This document shows, one piece after another, positions 46,325-54,588 of a DNA stretch of 59,864 bases. The notes beneath the pieces are model-generated. The model ran no database searches, was not told the origin of the DNA, and saw nothing but the letters and a program-made list of their open reading frames with translations. This stretch comes from Lachnospiraceae bacterium (GTDB lineage Bacteria; Bacillota; Clostridia; Lachnospirales; Lachnospiraceae): positions 1 to 59,864 of the forward strand of contig JAILIO010000139.1 of NCBI GenBank assembly GCA_024695225.1. The letters are read 5' to 3'. The position numbers and the translations under genes were made by a program. Each line of letters starts with the position of its first letter. The stretch's first letter is position 1.

Positions 46325-46894
46325 TCATCTCCTGCAGTCGTATGTGTAAATAAAGATCCCGTCCTCTGAAATATCCTCCCGAAAGCCGAGACCTCTGAAT
46401 ATGTGTTTTGAAGCTTCGTTTTCCGGCTTGACTTCCCCTTTGAAGCACGCTGTATCCGGCCTTTTGTCAAGGGTGTATCCCATGGCCGTCTTAAGAAATA
46501 AAGACCCGAAGCCCTGCCTTCTGAATCCCCTGTCAACGCTGTAGCTTATGAGCGCAGTGCCGTCCCTGTGGTCCAGTCGGACCATTCCTGCAGGTATGTC
46601 GGAAGGGGACATGGGAACTGCAGCGCCTTCCAAAGCACCTTCCGAAGAGTCTTCCACAACGTTTTCCGCGGGAGTTTCACCGGTCCGGTCTTTATTTTCA
46701 AGGGGGCTTTTGAGACTGAAGATCAGGATATCACAGCAGGGATCCGAGAGCTTCCCGGAAAACCACCTGTGGTGCTGTTCAGGGGAAATAAGGGCAGAGG
46801 TAAATGAGTTCGCCCTGGTGGCTGGGTCGTTTGCCCATCTGAGGAGAAGGGCTTCGTCTCCGGGCTCTGCCTTTCTCAGGTTCACATCATTCAA
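46325..46894 (-). CDS. pseH: GNAT N-acetyltransferase, PseH-like, with a low-complexity insertion
   Basis: 'LRKAEPGDEALLLRWANDPATRANSFTSALISPEQHHRWF' fits the PseH/GNAT pattern. A roughly 40-aa insert 'LENKDRTGETPAENVVEDSSEGALEGAAVPMSPSD' is present. 4-nt overlap with pseF. Confidence 0.65.
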   Translation of the reverse strand: MNDVNLRKAEPGDEALLLRWANDPATRANSFTSALISPEQHHRWFSGKLSDPCCDILIFSLKSPLENKDRTGETPAENVVEDSSEGALEGAAVPMSPSDIPAGMVRLDHRDGTALISYSVDRGFRRQGFGSLFLKTAMGYTLDKRPDTACFKGEVKPENEASKHIFRGLGFREDISEDGIFIYTYDCRR

Positions 46895-47631
46895 GGGTTC
46901 TGGTCCTTCTCAGACTGCCTTTTCTTCATGAGGGTGTATTTCATCTCCGCTATATCCCAGTCCGTATCGTAGTCGATGTCCTGGACCTCCGTCTCAGGCA
47001 CCGGCATGGCGCCTGTGTTGTCGTCTATCAGTTCCCCGGTCTCCATGAATCTCTTTACCCTGAACATATAGAACTGCCCGCAGTCGTGATAGAGGGTTTC
47101 CAGATCCTGGGATCGGCGCATTGAAAATTCGGGCCAGCGGTAGAAAGCTCTGCCGTCTTTTACGCTCATTCCCCTGAACACGGGAAATGAGAAGGGAGTC
47201 ACCGGCAGCACACAGTCGAAATTGCCGGAAAGCATGATGTCCATTGCTTTTTTCAGCTTTTCGGGGGTGACGAAGGGGGCAGTGGGATACAGGCAGCAGG
47301 CATATCTGAATTTGACCCCGGTATTCTTGTATTCCGAGATGACCTCGTGGAGTACATCCGCCGTTGTGGCAAAGTCTCCTGAGGTCGCAGGGGACCTGAG
47401 AAAGGGGACTTCCGCGCCGTATTTTTCGGCCACAGATCTTATTTCCGCGCTGTCGGTGGATACCATCACGGTCTTGAAGATCCCTGAGTTCAGGGCAGCC
47501 TCTATGGAATAGGCTATGATGGGTTTGCCGAGGAAATCCTTTATGTTCTTTCCGGGGATCCTGCGGCTTCCGCCTCTCGCGGTGATTATGGCGATACTGT
47601 CTTCCGTAAAGTCTTTTATCATATCTTCCAT
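46891..47631 (-). CDS. pseF: CMP-sugar synthetase, pseudaminic acid cytidylyltransferase-like
   Basis: 'IAIITARGGSRRIPGKNIKDFLGKPIIAYSIEAA' is the CMP-NeuAc synthetase-family motif. 246 aa. GGAGG lies upstream on the minus strand. Gene order is pseF-pseH-pseG. Confidence 0.8.
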   Translation of the reverse strand: MEDMIKDFTEDSIAIITARGGSRRIPGKNIKDFLGKPIIAYSIEAALNSGIFKTVMVSTDSAEIRSVAEKYGAEVPFLRSPATSGDFATTADVLHEVISEYKNTGVKFRYACCLYPTAPFVTPEKLKKAMDIMLSGNFDCVLPVTPFSFPVFRGMSVKDGRAFYRWPEFSMRRSQDLETLYHDCGQFYMFRVKRFMETGELIDDNTGAMPVPETEVQDIDYDTDWDIAEMKYTLMKKRQSEKDQNP

Positions 47632-47657
47632 AATGGATAATTCCTCCGTCTTATGCT

Positions 47658-49418
47658 ATGATAACTGCCATGAAGATTTTGCGCAAGTTGAATGTGCTCC
47701 TGGACAGACGCCAGAAAAGGCAGATGGCATGGCTGGTCCTGCTGATGCTCATAGGCGGTGTCCTGGAGTCTCTGGGGATCACCATCGTAGTGCCTATCAT
47801 GCAGGTGGTGCTGGACCCCGACGCCGTGGAAAAGAGCAGGCTGCTCTCTGCGGTGTATGATGCGCTCCCCGTAAACGGAACCGTGGAGTTTGCCTGCTTT
47901 ATGATGGGGGCCATGATCCTGCTCTTCGTCGTAAAGAATGTCTTTCTCTTTTTCATGAACAAGGCTCAGCTGCGCTTTGTATACACCAACCAGTTCTCCA
48001 CCTCCCGCCGGATGATGATCAATTTCATGGAGAGACCCTATGAGTACTATCTCTCTGCGGATACAGCGGTGATCCAGAGACAGATCACATCTGATGTGAA
48101 CAATATGTACGCCCTGATCATGGCACTCCTGAAACTGGTGACAGAGATCATCGTTTTTGTGTGCCTGATACTGATGCTCTTATTTACGGATGTGAAGATG
48201 ACACTGATAGTGGCCCTGCTCTTGACAGCGGTGCTCCTCATCGTAAAGAGCGTGATAAAGCCTGTGATGCACCGCACCGGGGAGGAGTACCAGAAGCATT
48301 ACGCCCTCCTTTTCAAGTGGATAAATCAGGCCGTCACCGGGATAAAAGAGATAAAGATAGCAGACAGGAGTGATTATTTCATAAACAGCTACAGCGACTG
48401 CGGCGGCAGGTATGTGGAGAATGTCCGGACCTACCAGCTCTACAACGCAACCCCAAGGCTTGTGATCGAATCCGTGTGTGTGGGCGGCCTTCTGGGCTAT
48501 ATGATCGTGATCATGATGATGGGGGCCGGGATATCCACAATGCTGCCCCAGCTTACGGTCTTTGCCCTGGCGGCCATGAGGCTTTTGCCCTCCGCAAACC
48601 GCATGAACACTTATCTCACTGATATGGCCTACTATGAGCCTTTCTTCATGGGGGTGTCCGACAATCTGAAGAAAGATATAAACGATGCGGGCGTGGAGTA
48701 CGGCGAGGACGCTTACACAAACAGGGAGCAGACAGAGAAACTGCCTGTGAAGAAGGAGATAACGTTAAAGGACATAGTCTACAGATATCCCGGCAGCGAT
48801 GCTCTCATTTTTAACGGGGCGGATATGACAATACCCGTTGGAAAGAGCGTGGGCATCGTGGGAACCTCAGGCGCAGGGAAGACCACCATAGTGGATATAA
48901 TGCTTGGACTGTTGAAGATCGAGAGAGGGCAGGTGCTGGCCGACGGGACAGATGTGTTCTCCGATTACCGGGGCTGGCTTGCAAACATAGGATACATACC
49001 CCAGACCATATTTATGATGGATACCTCCATCAGAAAGAACGTGGCTTTCGGCATCGCCGATGAAGACATAGACGATGAGAAGGTGTGGAAAGCCCTGGAG
49101 GAAGCCCAGCTGGATGATTTTGTGAGAGGGCTTGAAGAGGGGCTGGACACGGGCATTGGAGAGAGGGGCATAAGGCTCTCCGGCGGACAGAGACAGAGGA
49201 TAGGCATAGCCAGGGCCCTTTACGACGACCCGGAGGTGCTGGTGCTGGACGAAGCCACAAGCGCCCTGGACCAGGATACGGAAAAGGCTATAATGGATCA
49301 GATAAACAGGCTGCACGGGCGAAAGACCCTTGTGATCATAGCCCACAGGCTCACGACCATAGAAAAATGCGATATGATCTACAGAGTGGAGGATGAGAGG
49401 ATTGAGCGGGAAAGATAA
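47658..49418 (+). CDS. ABC exporter, fused TMD-NBD half-transporter (MsbA/PglK/Wzk-like lipid-linked-glycan flippase candidate)
   Basis: Six N-terminal TM helices. Walker A 'GTSGAGKTT', signature 'LSGGQRQRIGIARAL' and Walker B 'VLVLDEATSALD'. The start is ATG 47658 or ATG 47670 ('MKILRKL...'), and neither has a Shine-Dalgarno sequence. Confidence 0.85.
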   Translation: MITAMKILRKLNVLLDRRQKRQMAWLVLLMLIGGVLESLGITIVVPIMQVVLDPDAVEKSRLLSAVYDALPVNGTVEFACFMMGAMILLFVVKNVFLFFMNKAQLRFVYTNQFSTSRRMMINFMERPYEYYLSADTAVIQRQITSDVNNMYALIMALLKLVTEIIVFVCLILMLLFTDVKMTLIVALLLTAVLLIVKSVIKPVMHRTGEEYQKHYALLFKWINQAVTGIKEIKIADRSDYFINSYSDCGGRYVENVRTYQLYNATPRLVIESVCVGGLLGYMIVIMMMGAGISTMLPQLTVFALAAMRLLPSANRMNTYLTDMAYYEPFFMGVSDNLKKDINDAGVEYGEDAYTNREQTEKLPVKKEITLKDIVYRYPGSDALIFNGADMTIPVGKSVGIVGTSGAGKTTIVDIMLGLLKIERGQVLADGTDVFSDYRGWLANIGYIPQTIFMMDTSIRKNVAFGIADEDIDDEKVWKALEEAQLDDFVRGLEEGLDTGIGERGIRLSGGQRQRIGIARALYDDPEVLVLDEATSALDQDTEKAIMDQINRLHGRKTLVIIAHRLTTIEKCDMIYRVEDERIERER

Positions 49419-49857
49419 CAGTGAGGAACCTAAAAAGATAGGTCTTTTTGAACAGATACTCAGGTTTGGGGCAGTGGGATTCACCTGCTTTTTCATCGAT
49501 TTCGGCATAACCATGCTCCTGAAGGTGATAGGCGTGAACTATCTGATCGCGGCTTTCGCGGGCTTTGTGGTCAGCATGATCGCCAATTACATCATGAGCT
49601 TCAGGTTTGTCTTCAGCAGGAAGGAAGGACTGGACAGGCGGGCGGAATTCATAGCCTTCATGGTGCTGTCGGTTATAGGACTGGGCATAAATGAGCTGGT
49701 GATCTGGCTCTGTGTTGATAAATTGTACTACGGCGCAGGTTTCCTCATGGGGATCCTCAGCGAAAACCTGGCGGTGGCCGGAGGGAAGATCGTGGCAACC
49801 GCAGTGGTCATGGTGTACAACTTTATCACCAGGAAGAAGTTTCTCTCTTCAAACTGA
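49393..49857 (+). CDS. GtrA-family small membrane protein (polyprenyl-phosphate-sugar translocase-like)
   Basis: 'ILRFGAVGFTCFFIDFGITMLL', four TM helices, and 'VYNFITRKKF' near the C-terminus, which is typical of GtrA. The exact start is uncertain (ATG 49393 overlaps the ABC gene). Confidence 0.75.
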   Translation: MRGLSGKDNSEEPKKIGLFEQILRFGAVGFTCFFIDFGITMLLKVIGVNYLIAAFAGFVVSMIANYIMSFRFVFSRKEGLDRRAEFIAFMVLSVIGLGINELVIWLCVDKLYYGAGFLMGILSENLAVAGGKIVATAVVMVYNFITRKKFLSSN

Positions 49858-49895
49858 AAACAAATGGCCTGCAGGAGGACTGAACACTCCTCTGG

Positions 49896-50972
49896 ATGAA
49901 AATGAAAAATAAAAGAGAAGCAAATTTTGAATTGCTGCGCATAGTGTCAATGTTTATGATCACTGTGCTGCATTATATGAATCACGGCGGCATGCTGACA
50001 CCCTGGCACGAGGGACAGTCCGCCATGAATGCGGTGAATGGAGCAGCCTGGCTGATAGAAGCCTTTTGCCTCTGCGGCATGAGCTGTTTTATCCTTTTGT
50101 CCGGTTATTTCCTGGTCCCTGAGAAATGGAAGCTCTCCAGGGTGGTCTCCCTGATCCTCCAGTGCCTGTTCTATTCCCTGGCAGTGCCGGTGATAGCCAT
50201 GCTCACAGGCGCCGTAAACCCTGCAGACATAGATGTTTACGATGTGCTTGACTGGTTCTTCCCGATAGCCACCGAAAGCTGGTGGTTCATGACGTCCTAC
50301 ATCTCCATGTACATCCTGTCCCCCCTTCTCTCCTACGGTGCGGAGAAGATGGGCAGACACAGGCTGGGGGCCCTTATCATCTTTCTGATCTTCTTTGAGT
50401 CCGTAGAGAAGACCATCCTTCCGGTGATCCTGCCCACGGACGGCTACGGTTACGACGCCATGTGGATGATCACCATGTTCCTCACAGCCAGGTACATAAG
50501 GCTTTACGGCATAGGATTCCTTGAAAAACCTTTCAGGCCGGCCATCTGTTACACCATTTGCTGCCTCGGGATGTATTTCATAAGCCTCATCACCGGAAGA
50601 GCGGCAGCCCTGGGGGTGGACGGGCTTAAATACTATTCGGGAATGCCCTACACCTGCAATTATTTCCTCTGTATGTCAGGCAGCATCGCTCTGTTTTACA
50701 TGTTCAAAAAACTGGTTATGAGGGAGGGATATCCGGCGGATTTTGCAAGGGCAGTGTCACCTCTGGTGCTGGGAGCCTATCTCATACACGAACACCCCGT
50801 CATAAGGGAAATATGGCCGGGATGGCTTTTTGCGGATTCCGTGAGAGGCACATTTCTCTTTATCCCCGGGACCTTTGCCGCGGTGACAGTGGTGATGGCT
50901 GTGGGATGCATATGTGAGCTTTTGAGGAGCAGGCTGTTTTCACTTGCACAGAGACCCCGGAGGGCGGCATGA
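49896..50972 (+). CDS. Acyltransferase family 3 (membrane O-acetyltransferase, OatA/WecH-like)
   Basis: 'NFELLRIVSMFMITVLHYMNHGG' (the conserved R...H region) and about 10 TM helices. 358 aa. Confidence 0.75.
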   Translation: MKMKNKREANFELLRIVSMFMITVLHYMNHGGMLTPWHEGQSAMNAVNGAAWLIEAFCLCGMSCFILLSGYFLVPEKWKLSRVVSLILQCLFYSLAVPVIAMLTGAVNPADIDVYDVLDWFFPIATESWWFMTSYISMYILSPLLSYGAEKMGRHRLGALIIFLIFFESVEKTILPVILPTDGYGYDAMWMITMFLTARYIRLYGIGFLEKPFRPAICYTICCLGMYFISLITGRAAALGVDGLKYYSGMPYTCNYFLCMSGSIALFYMFKKLVMREGYPADFARAVSPLVLGAYLIHEHPVIREIWPGWLFADSVRGTFLFIPGTFAAVTVVMAVGCICELLRSRLFSLAQRPRRAA

Positions 50973-52858
50973 GCGCTGAAGAGAGAACAGATCAGGTCAC
51001 AGGAGTGAACGTGCCTGCTGAAGAGAGAACCGGACAGGCTGCAGAAGTGAACGTGCCTGCGGAAGAGAGAACCGGTCAGGTTGCAGAAGTGAACGTGCCT
51101 GCTGAAGAGAGAACAGATCAGTTGCAGGATACCTCCGCGGACAGGGATATCTCCCCTGTCGGACGGCTTAAAGGTCTTGCGGGCAACTCCATGCTCCACG
51201 TGATCATACTGGGCATCTGGCCTTTATTTGCCTGCGGCAGGGGGCTTTCCCTGGCGGATCCCCTCTACGCCCTGTCAAATTATCAGTATTTCGGCACTAT
51301 GGGCGGCACCTGGGAGCTTGCAACCATCCTTGCAAACGCCTTCGGAGCTTTTATTTCCCGGATGCCCGGCGCCGGCAGCGTCCTCGGGATGCAGATATAC
51401 ACATCCCTCATCATGTCCGCTTTTCTGATCGCGCTGTACTTTCTCCTGATGGACACCTTCGGGAAGATAAATACCTTCCTGGGGCTCTTTACGGCCTGTG
51501 CTTTCGCCTGGTGCCCCTCCGTGATCCTTTATAACCGGCTGACCTACATCCTCTTCTCCATAGCCACATGCCTCCTGATAAGAGCCGTGTTTTCGGAGGA
51601 TGACAGGAGGTCCATGATCCTGTTCATCCTGTCCGGGGTGATCCTGGGGCTGAATGTTTCCGTGAAATTTTCAAACGCCGACGAGGCGCTTCTGATAGTC
51701 CTTCTGATCTTCGACAAAAAGCAGAGGAGGATAAGGGATATCCTGCTCTGTATCGCAGGGTGGCTTTCGGGTTTTCTGATCCCTGTTGCGGTCGCTGCGC
51801 TCTGTTACGGCATCGAGGCCTATACAGGCATGATAAACATACTCTTTACTATGCAGCAGGGAGGCGCTGATGATTACACCTTTTATTCGATGGTCAGGGA
51901 GATCCTGTCCTCCTACGGCGACGCCCTTATTTTCATGGTCCCCATGATGGCGGTCATGGGGGTTGTGACCCTGCTGTCCGGAAGGCTTTACCACCGCGGG
52001 GACACCGGGCGCAGGATATGCTATGCGGCAGCGTACTGCGGCATGGCGCTGTGGCTCAGATTCGCCTGGGGGCGGGGGATGTTTGATCTTAAATATTTCC
52101 ATTACAATGCGATCTACCTCTGGGGCGTGCTGGGGACCATAGCGGTTCTGGTTCTTGCCCTGTATGTGCTTCTGGACAAAAGACAGTGGAAGATGATGCG
52201 GGCCTGGGCTCTCGCCGTCATGGTGATCGTGCTGGTGACCCCCCTGGGCTCCAACAATTCCCTCTATCCCGTGGTGGACAATATGTTCCTGATCTGCCCC
52301 TTCGGGATATGGGCCGGCAGCAGGGCAGTTAAGGACAGGAAGCTTTCAAGGATGAAACCTGCCCTCACCGCATCCCTCACAACCATCCTCCTTATGCTGA
52401 TCCTCCAGGGGAGCCTGTTCCACATGAACTTCGCCATCCAGGACGGTTACTGGGGGGAGAGCAGGACTTATCTCACAAGTGAAAATAAGAGATCCAAAGG
52501 GGTCATGACCACAAAGGACAATGCAGCTCTCATCGATTCCCTGACGGAGCTCTCAAAGGAGTATTCCCTTCAGGGAAATGAGGGCATCTTCTACGGAAAC
52601 ATGCCCGGGCTCTGCTACATTCTGGATATGCCAAGCCCTCTCACCACCATCTGGCCGTCCCTGCCTTCATTTACCCGGGGAGAGTGGGAAAGGGATACTC
52701 AAAAAGCCTTTCAGGGATCCCCTGTCATATTCTTCTCCGAGGACTGCCCAAAGGACTATAAGTACGAAAGCCTTATGGGGTTTATAGAGGAGAGGGGTTA
52801 CGCGCGTATCTTCCATGAGAAGGGGATGGACGTGTACATGGAGGATCCCGGGAAATGA
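50969..52858 (+). CDS. Polytopic membrane protein (GT-C-like) with N-terminal 14-aa tandem repeats
   Basis: ATGA overlap with the upstream gene. N-terminus '(VNVPAEERTGQxAE)x3.7'. About 13 TM helices, then a roughly 130-aa soluble C-terminal domain. Confidence 0.6.
   Translation: MSAEERTDQVTGVNVPAEERTGQAAEVNVPAEERTGQVAEVNVPAEERTDQLQDTSADRDISPVGRLKGLAGNSMLHVIILGIWPLFACGRGLSLADPLYALSNYQYFGTMGGTWELATILANAFGAFISRMPGAGSVLGMQIYTSLIMSAFLIALYFLLMDTFGKINTFLGLFTACAFAWCPSVILYNRLTYILFSIATCLLIRAVFSEDDRRSMILFILSGVILGLNVSVKFSNADEALLIVLLIFDKKQRRIRDILLCIAGWLSGFLIPVAVAALCYGIEAYTGMINILFTMQQGGADDYTFYSMVREILSSYGDALIFMVPMMAVMGVVTLLSGRLYHRGDTGRRICYAAAYCGMALWLRFAWGRGMFDLKYFHYNAIYLWGVLGTIAVLVLALYVLLDKRQWKMMRAWALAVMVIVLVTPLGSNNSLYPVVDNMFLICPFGIWAGSRAVKDRKLSRMKPALTASLTTILLMLILQGSLFHMNFAIQDGYWGESRTYLTSENKRSKGVMTTKDNAALIDSLTELSKEYSLQGNEGIFYGNMPGLCYILDMPSPLTTIWPSLPSFTRGEWERDTQKAFQGSPVIFFSEDCPKDYKYESLMGFIEERGYARIFHEKGMDVYMEDPGK
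50975..51129 (+). repeat. In-frame 42-bp tandem repeat, 3.7 copies
   Basis: Copies at 50975-51016, 51017-51058 and 51059-51100, plus a partial copy at 51101-51129. The unit is 'gctgaagagagaacNgNNcaggNNgcagaagtgaacgtgcct'. Confidence 0.9.
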
Positions 52859-54561
52859 GGACACAGAGGGATGACAGATACCTCACGGTCATAGCTTCCA
52901 TCGCGGTGACGCTCTTCTGTGTTATCTTCACCATGTCCCGCTATGAGATCTACTATGACATGAATGATGATGTGCTGATAAAAGACATACTGGCCGGGGT
53001 TTACACCGGTATTCCCGAGGGACTGAACATCCAGATGCTCTCCCCCCTGTCTTTTCTGATCAGCCTGTTCTACCGCATGGCACCGACACCCGACTGGTAT
53101 GCGGTGTTTTTGCTTTTCACATTTTTTGTGAGCCTGTTTCTGGTGACGGAGCGGGTGCTTCTCATGGTGGACGGACTGCCTGCAAAGGCGGTGTCCTGCC
53201 TGGCGGTTGTCCTGTCTTACCTGGCCTTCTCGGCCTCCCGGGTGGTGTTCATGCAGTACACCGTGGTCAGCGGTTTTGTCATGTCATCTGCCATATTCCT
53301 TCTGTGTACGGAGAGCAACCTGAGGAGGCCCGGAGCCCTCATAAAGACAGGCTTCATGTGCGGCCTGGCCTTTGCCCTGAGGTCTGAGATGGCGCTCTTC
53401 CTTTTGCCCATACTCCTTTTGGGGGTGCTTTTCAACAGGATCATGCGGGGGGAAGGGAGCATAAAGAAGTACCTTTCGGACACGGGCCTTATCGCTGCTT
53501 TTGTCGCAGTCATCTTCTTCCTTTTGTTCTCCCTGGATGCCCTTTCCTATTCCGGGAAGGACTGGAGGGAGTTCAGGGCTTTTTTCAGGGCCAGGACAGA
53601 ACTCTACGACTATCAGCAGATCCCTTCCTGGAAAAGCGCCCAGGATATGTATGGGGAACTCGGGCTTGACAGCGCGGATGTGGAAGTCCTTAAAAACTAC
53701 AACTTCGGAATAGACGACAGGATCACCACAGATGTCATGTCCGGGGTTTCTGAGTATGCGGCGTCTTTAAAGCCGGGGTTTGCCGCAAGGCTTAAGGAAA
53801 CCTTTTACGTGTACTTCCGCCAGGTTCTTCCCGGGGCGGAATACAGGAATTCCACCTTCACCGTACTGGTGCTGTACGCTGCGGTCATTTACGGTTTTAT
53901 TGCAGACCGCAGGTATTTAAGGCTTCTCATGTGTCCGGCGCTCTTTGTCATAAGGTCTGCCCTTTGGCTCTATCTGATATATGTCAACAGGTATCCCGAG
54001 CGGGTCACCTTTTCCCTTTTCCTGGCTGAGGCCTTTGTCCTTCTGGCCATAGCCCTCACCATACTCAAAAACCAGAAAAGGGATAAGAGATTTACTTTTC
54101 TGGTTTACAGCGTGGTGTGCCTGCTGTCCCTTTTCCTTATGGTGCCGGTTTCCGACAGCGCAATCAGAAAGGAGATGCTTGAGAGGACCTATGACAATTC
54201 CGGGGACGATGCCATAAACGATTACTGCGAAGCCCACCCGGATGTTTTCTATTTTGAAGATGTATATTCCACGGTGAACTTCTCTGAGAGGATGCCCGGG
54301 GATACATTGGGACGCTGCCCCATGAACTGTGCTATAATGGGCGGATGGGCCTGCAAGAGCCCCCTTTGGGACAGAAAACTGAAGGGCTTTGGCATAGAAG
54401 ACCCCTTCGAAGCCCTTCTGTCCGGAAAGGCTCAGTTTATATGCAGGCTGGACCGGGATGTGGACTGGCTTTCCGATTTCTGCGCTTCAAGGGGATACAG
54501 GGTGAATGTCAGGCGCATAGCCGGGATAATGGGGACTTACGGAGTTTACAGGATTGAATGA
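52855..54561 (+). CDS. Polytopic membrane protein (GT-C-like), unknown function
   Basis: ATGA overlap with the upstream gene. The first loop 'YEIYYDMNDDVLIKD' carries an acidic DD pair. About 11 TM helices plus a roughly 150-aa soluble C-terminal domain. Confidence 0.6.
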   Translation: MRTQRDDRYLTVIASIAVTLFCVIFTMSRYEIYYDMNDDVLIKDILAGVYTGIPEGLNIQMLSPLSFLISLFYRMAPTPDWYAVFLLFTFFVSLFLVTERVLLMVDGLPAKAVSCLAVVLSYLAFSASRVVFMQYTVVSGFVMSSAIFLLCTESNLRRPGALIKTGFMCGLAFALRSEMALFLLPILLLGVLFNRIMRGEGSIKKYLSDTGLIAAFVAVIFFLLFSLDALSYSGKDWREFRAFFRARTELYDYQQIPSWKSAQDMYGELGLDSADVEVLKNYNFGIDDRITTDVMSGVSEYAASLKPGFAARLKETFYVYFRQVLPGAEYRNSTFTVLVLYAAVIYGFIADRRYLRLLMCPALFVIRSALWLYLIYVNRYPERVTFSLFLAEAFVLLAIALTILKNQKRDKRFTFLVYSVVCLLSLFLMVPVSDSAIRKEMLERTYDNSGDDAINDYCEAHPDVFYFEDVYSTVNFSERMPGDTLGRCPMNCAIMGGWACKSPLWDRKLKGFGIEDPFEALLSGKAQFICRLDRDVDWLSDFCASRGYRVNVRRIAGIMGTYGVYRIE

Positions 54562-54588
54562 CATTATGAAAAATACAGAGGCTGTCCT

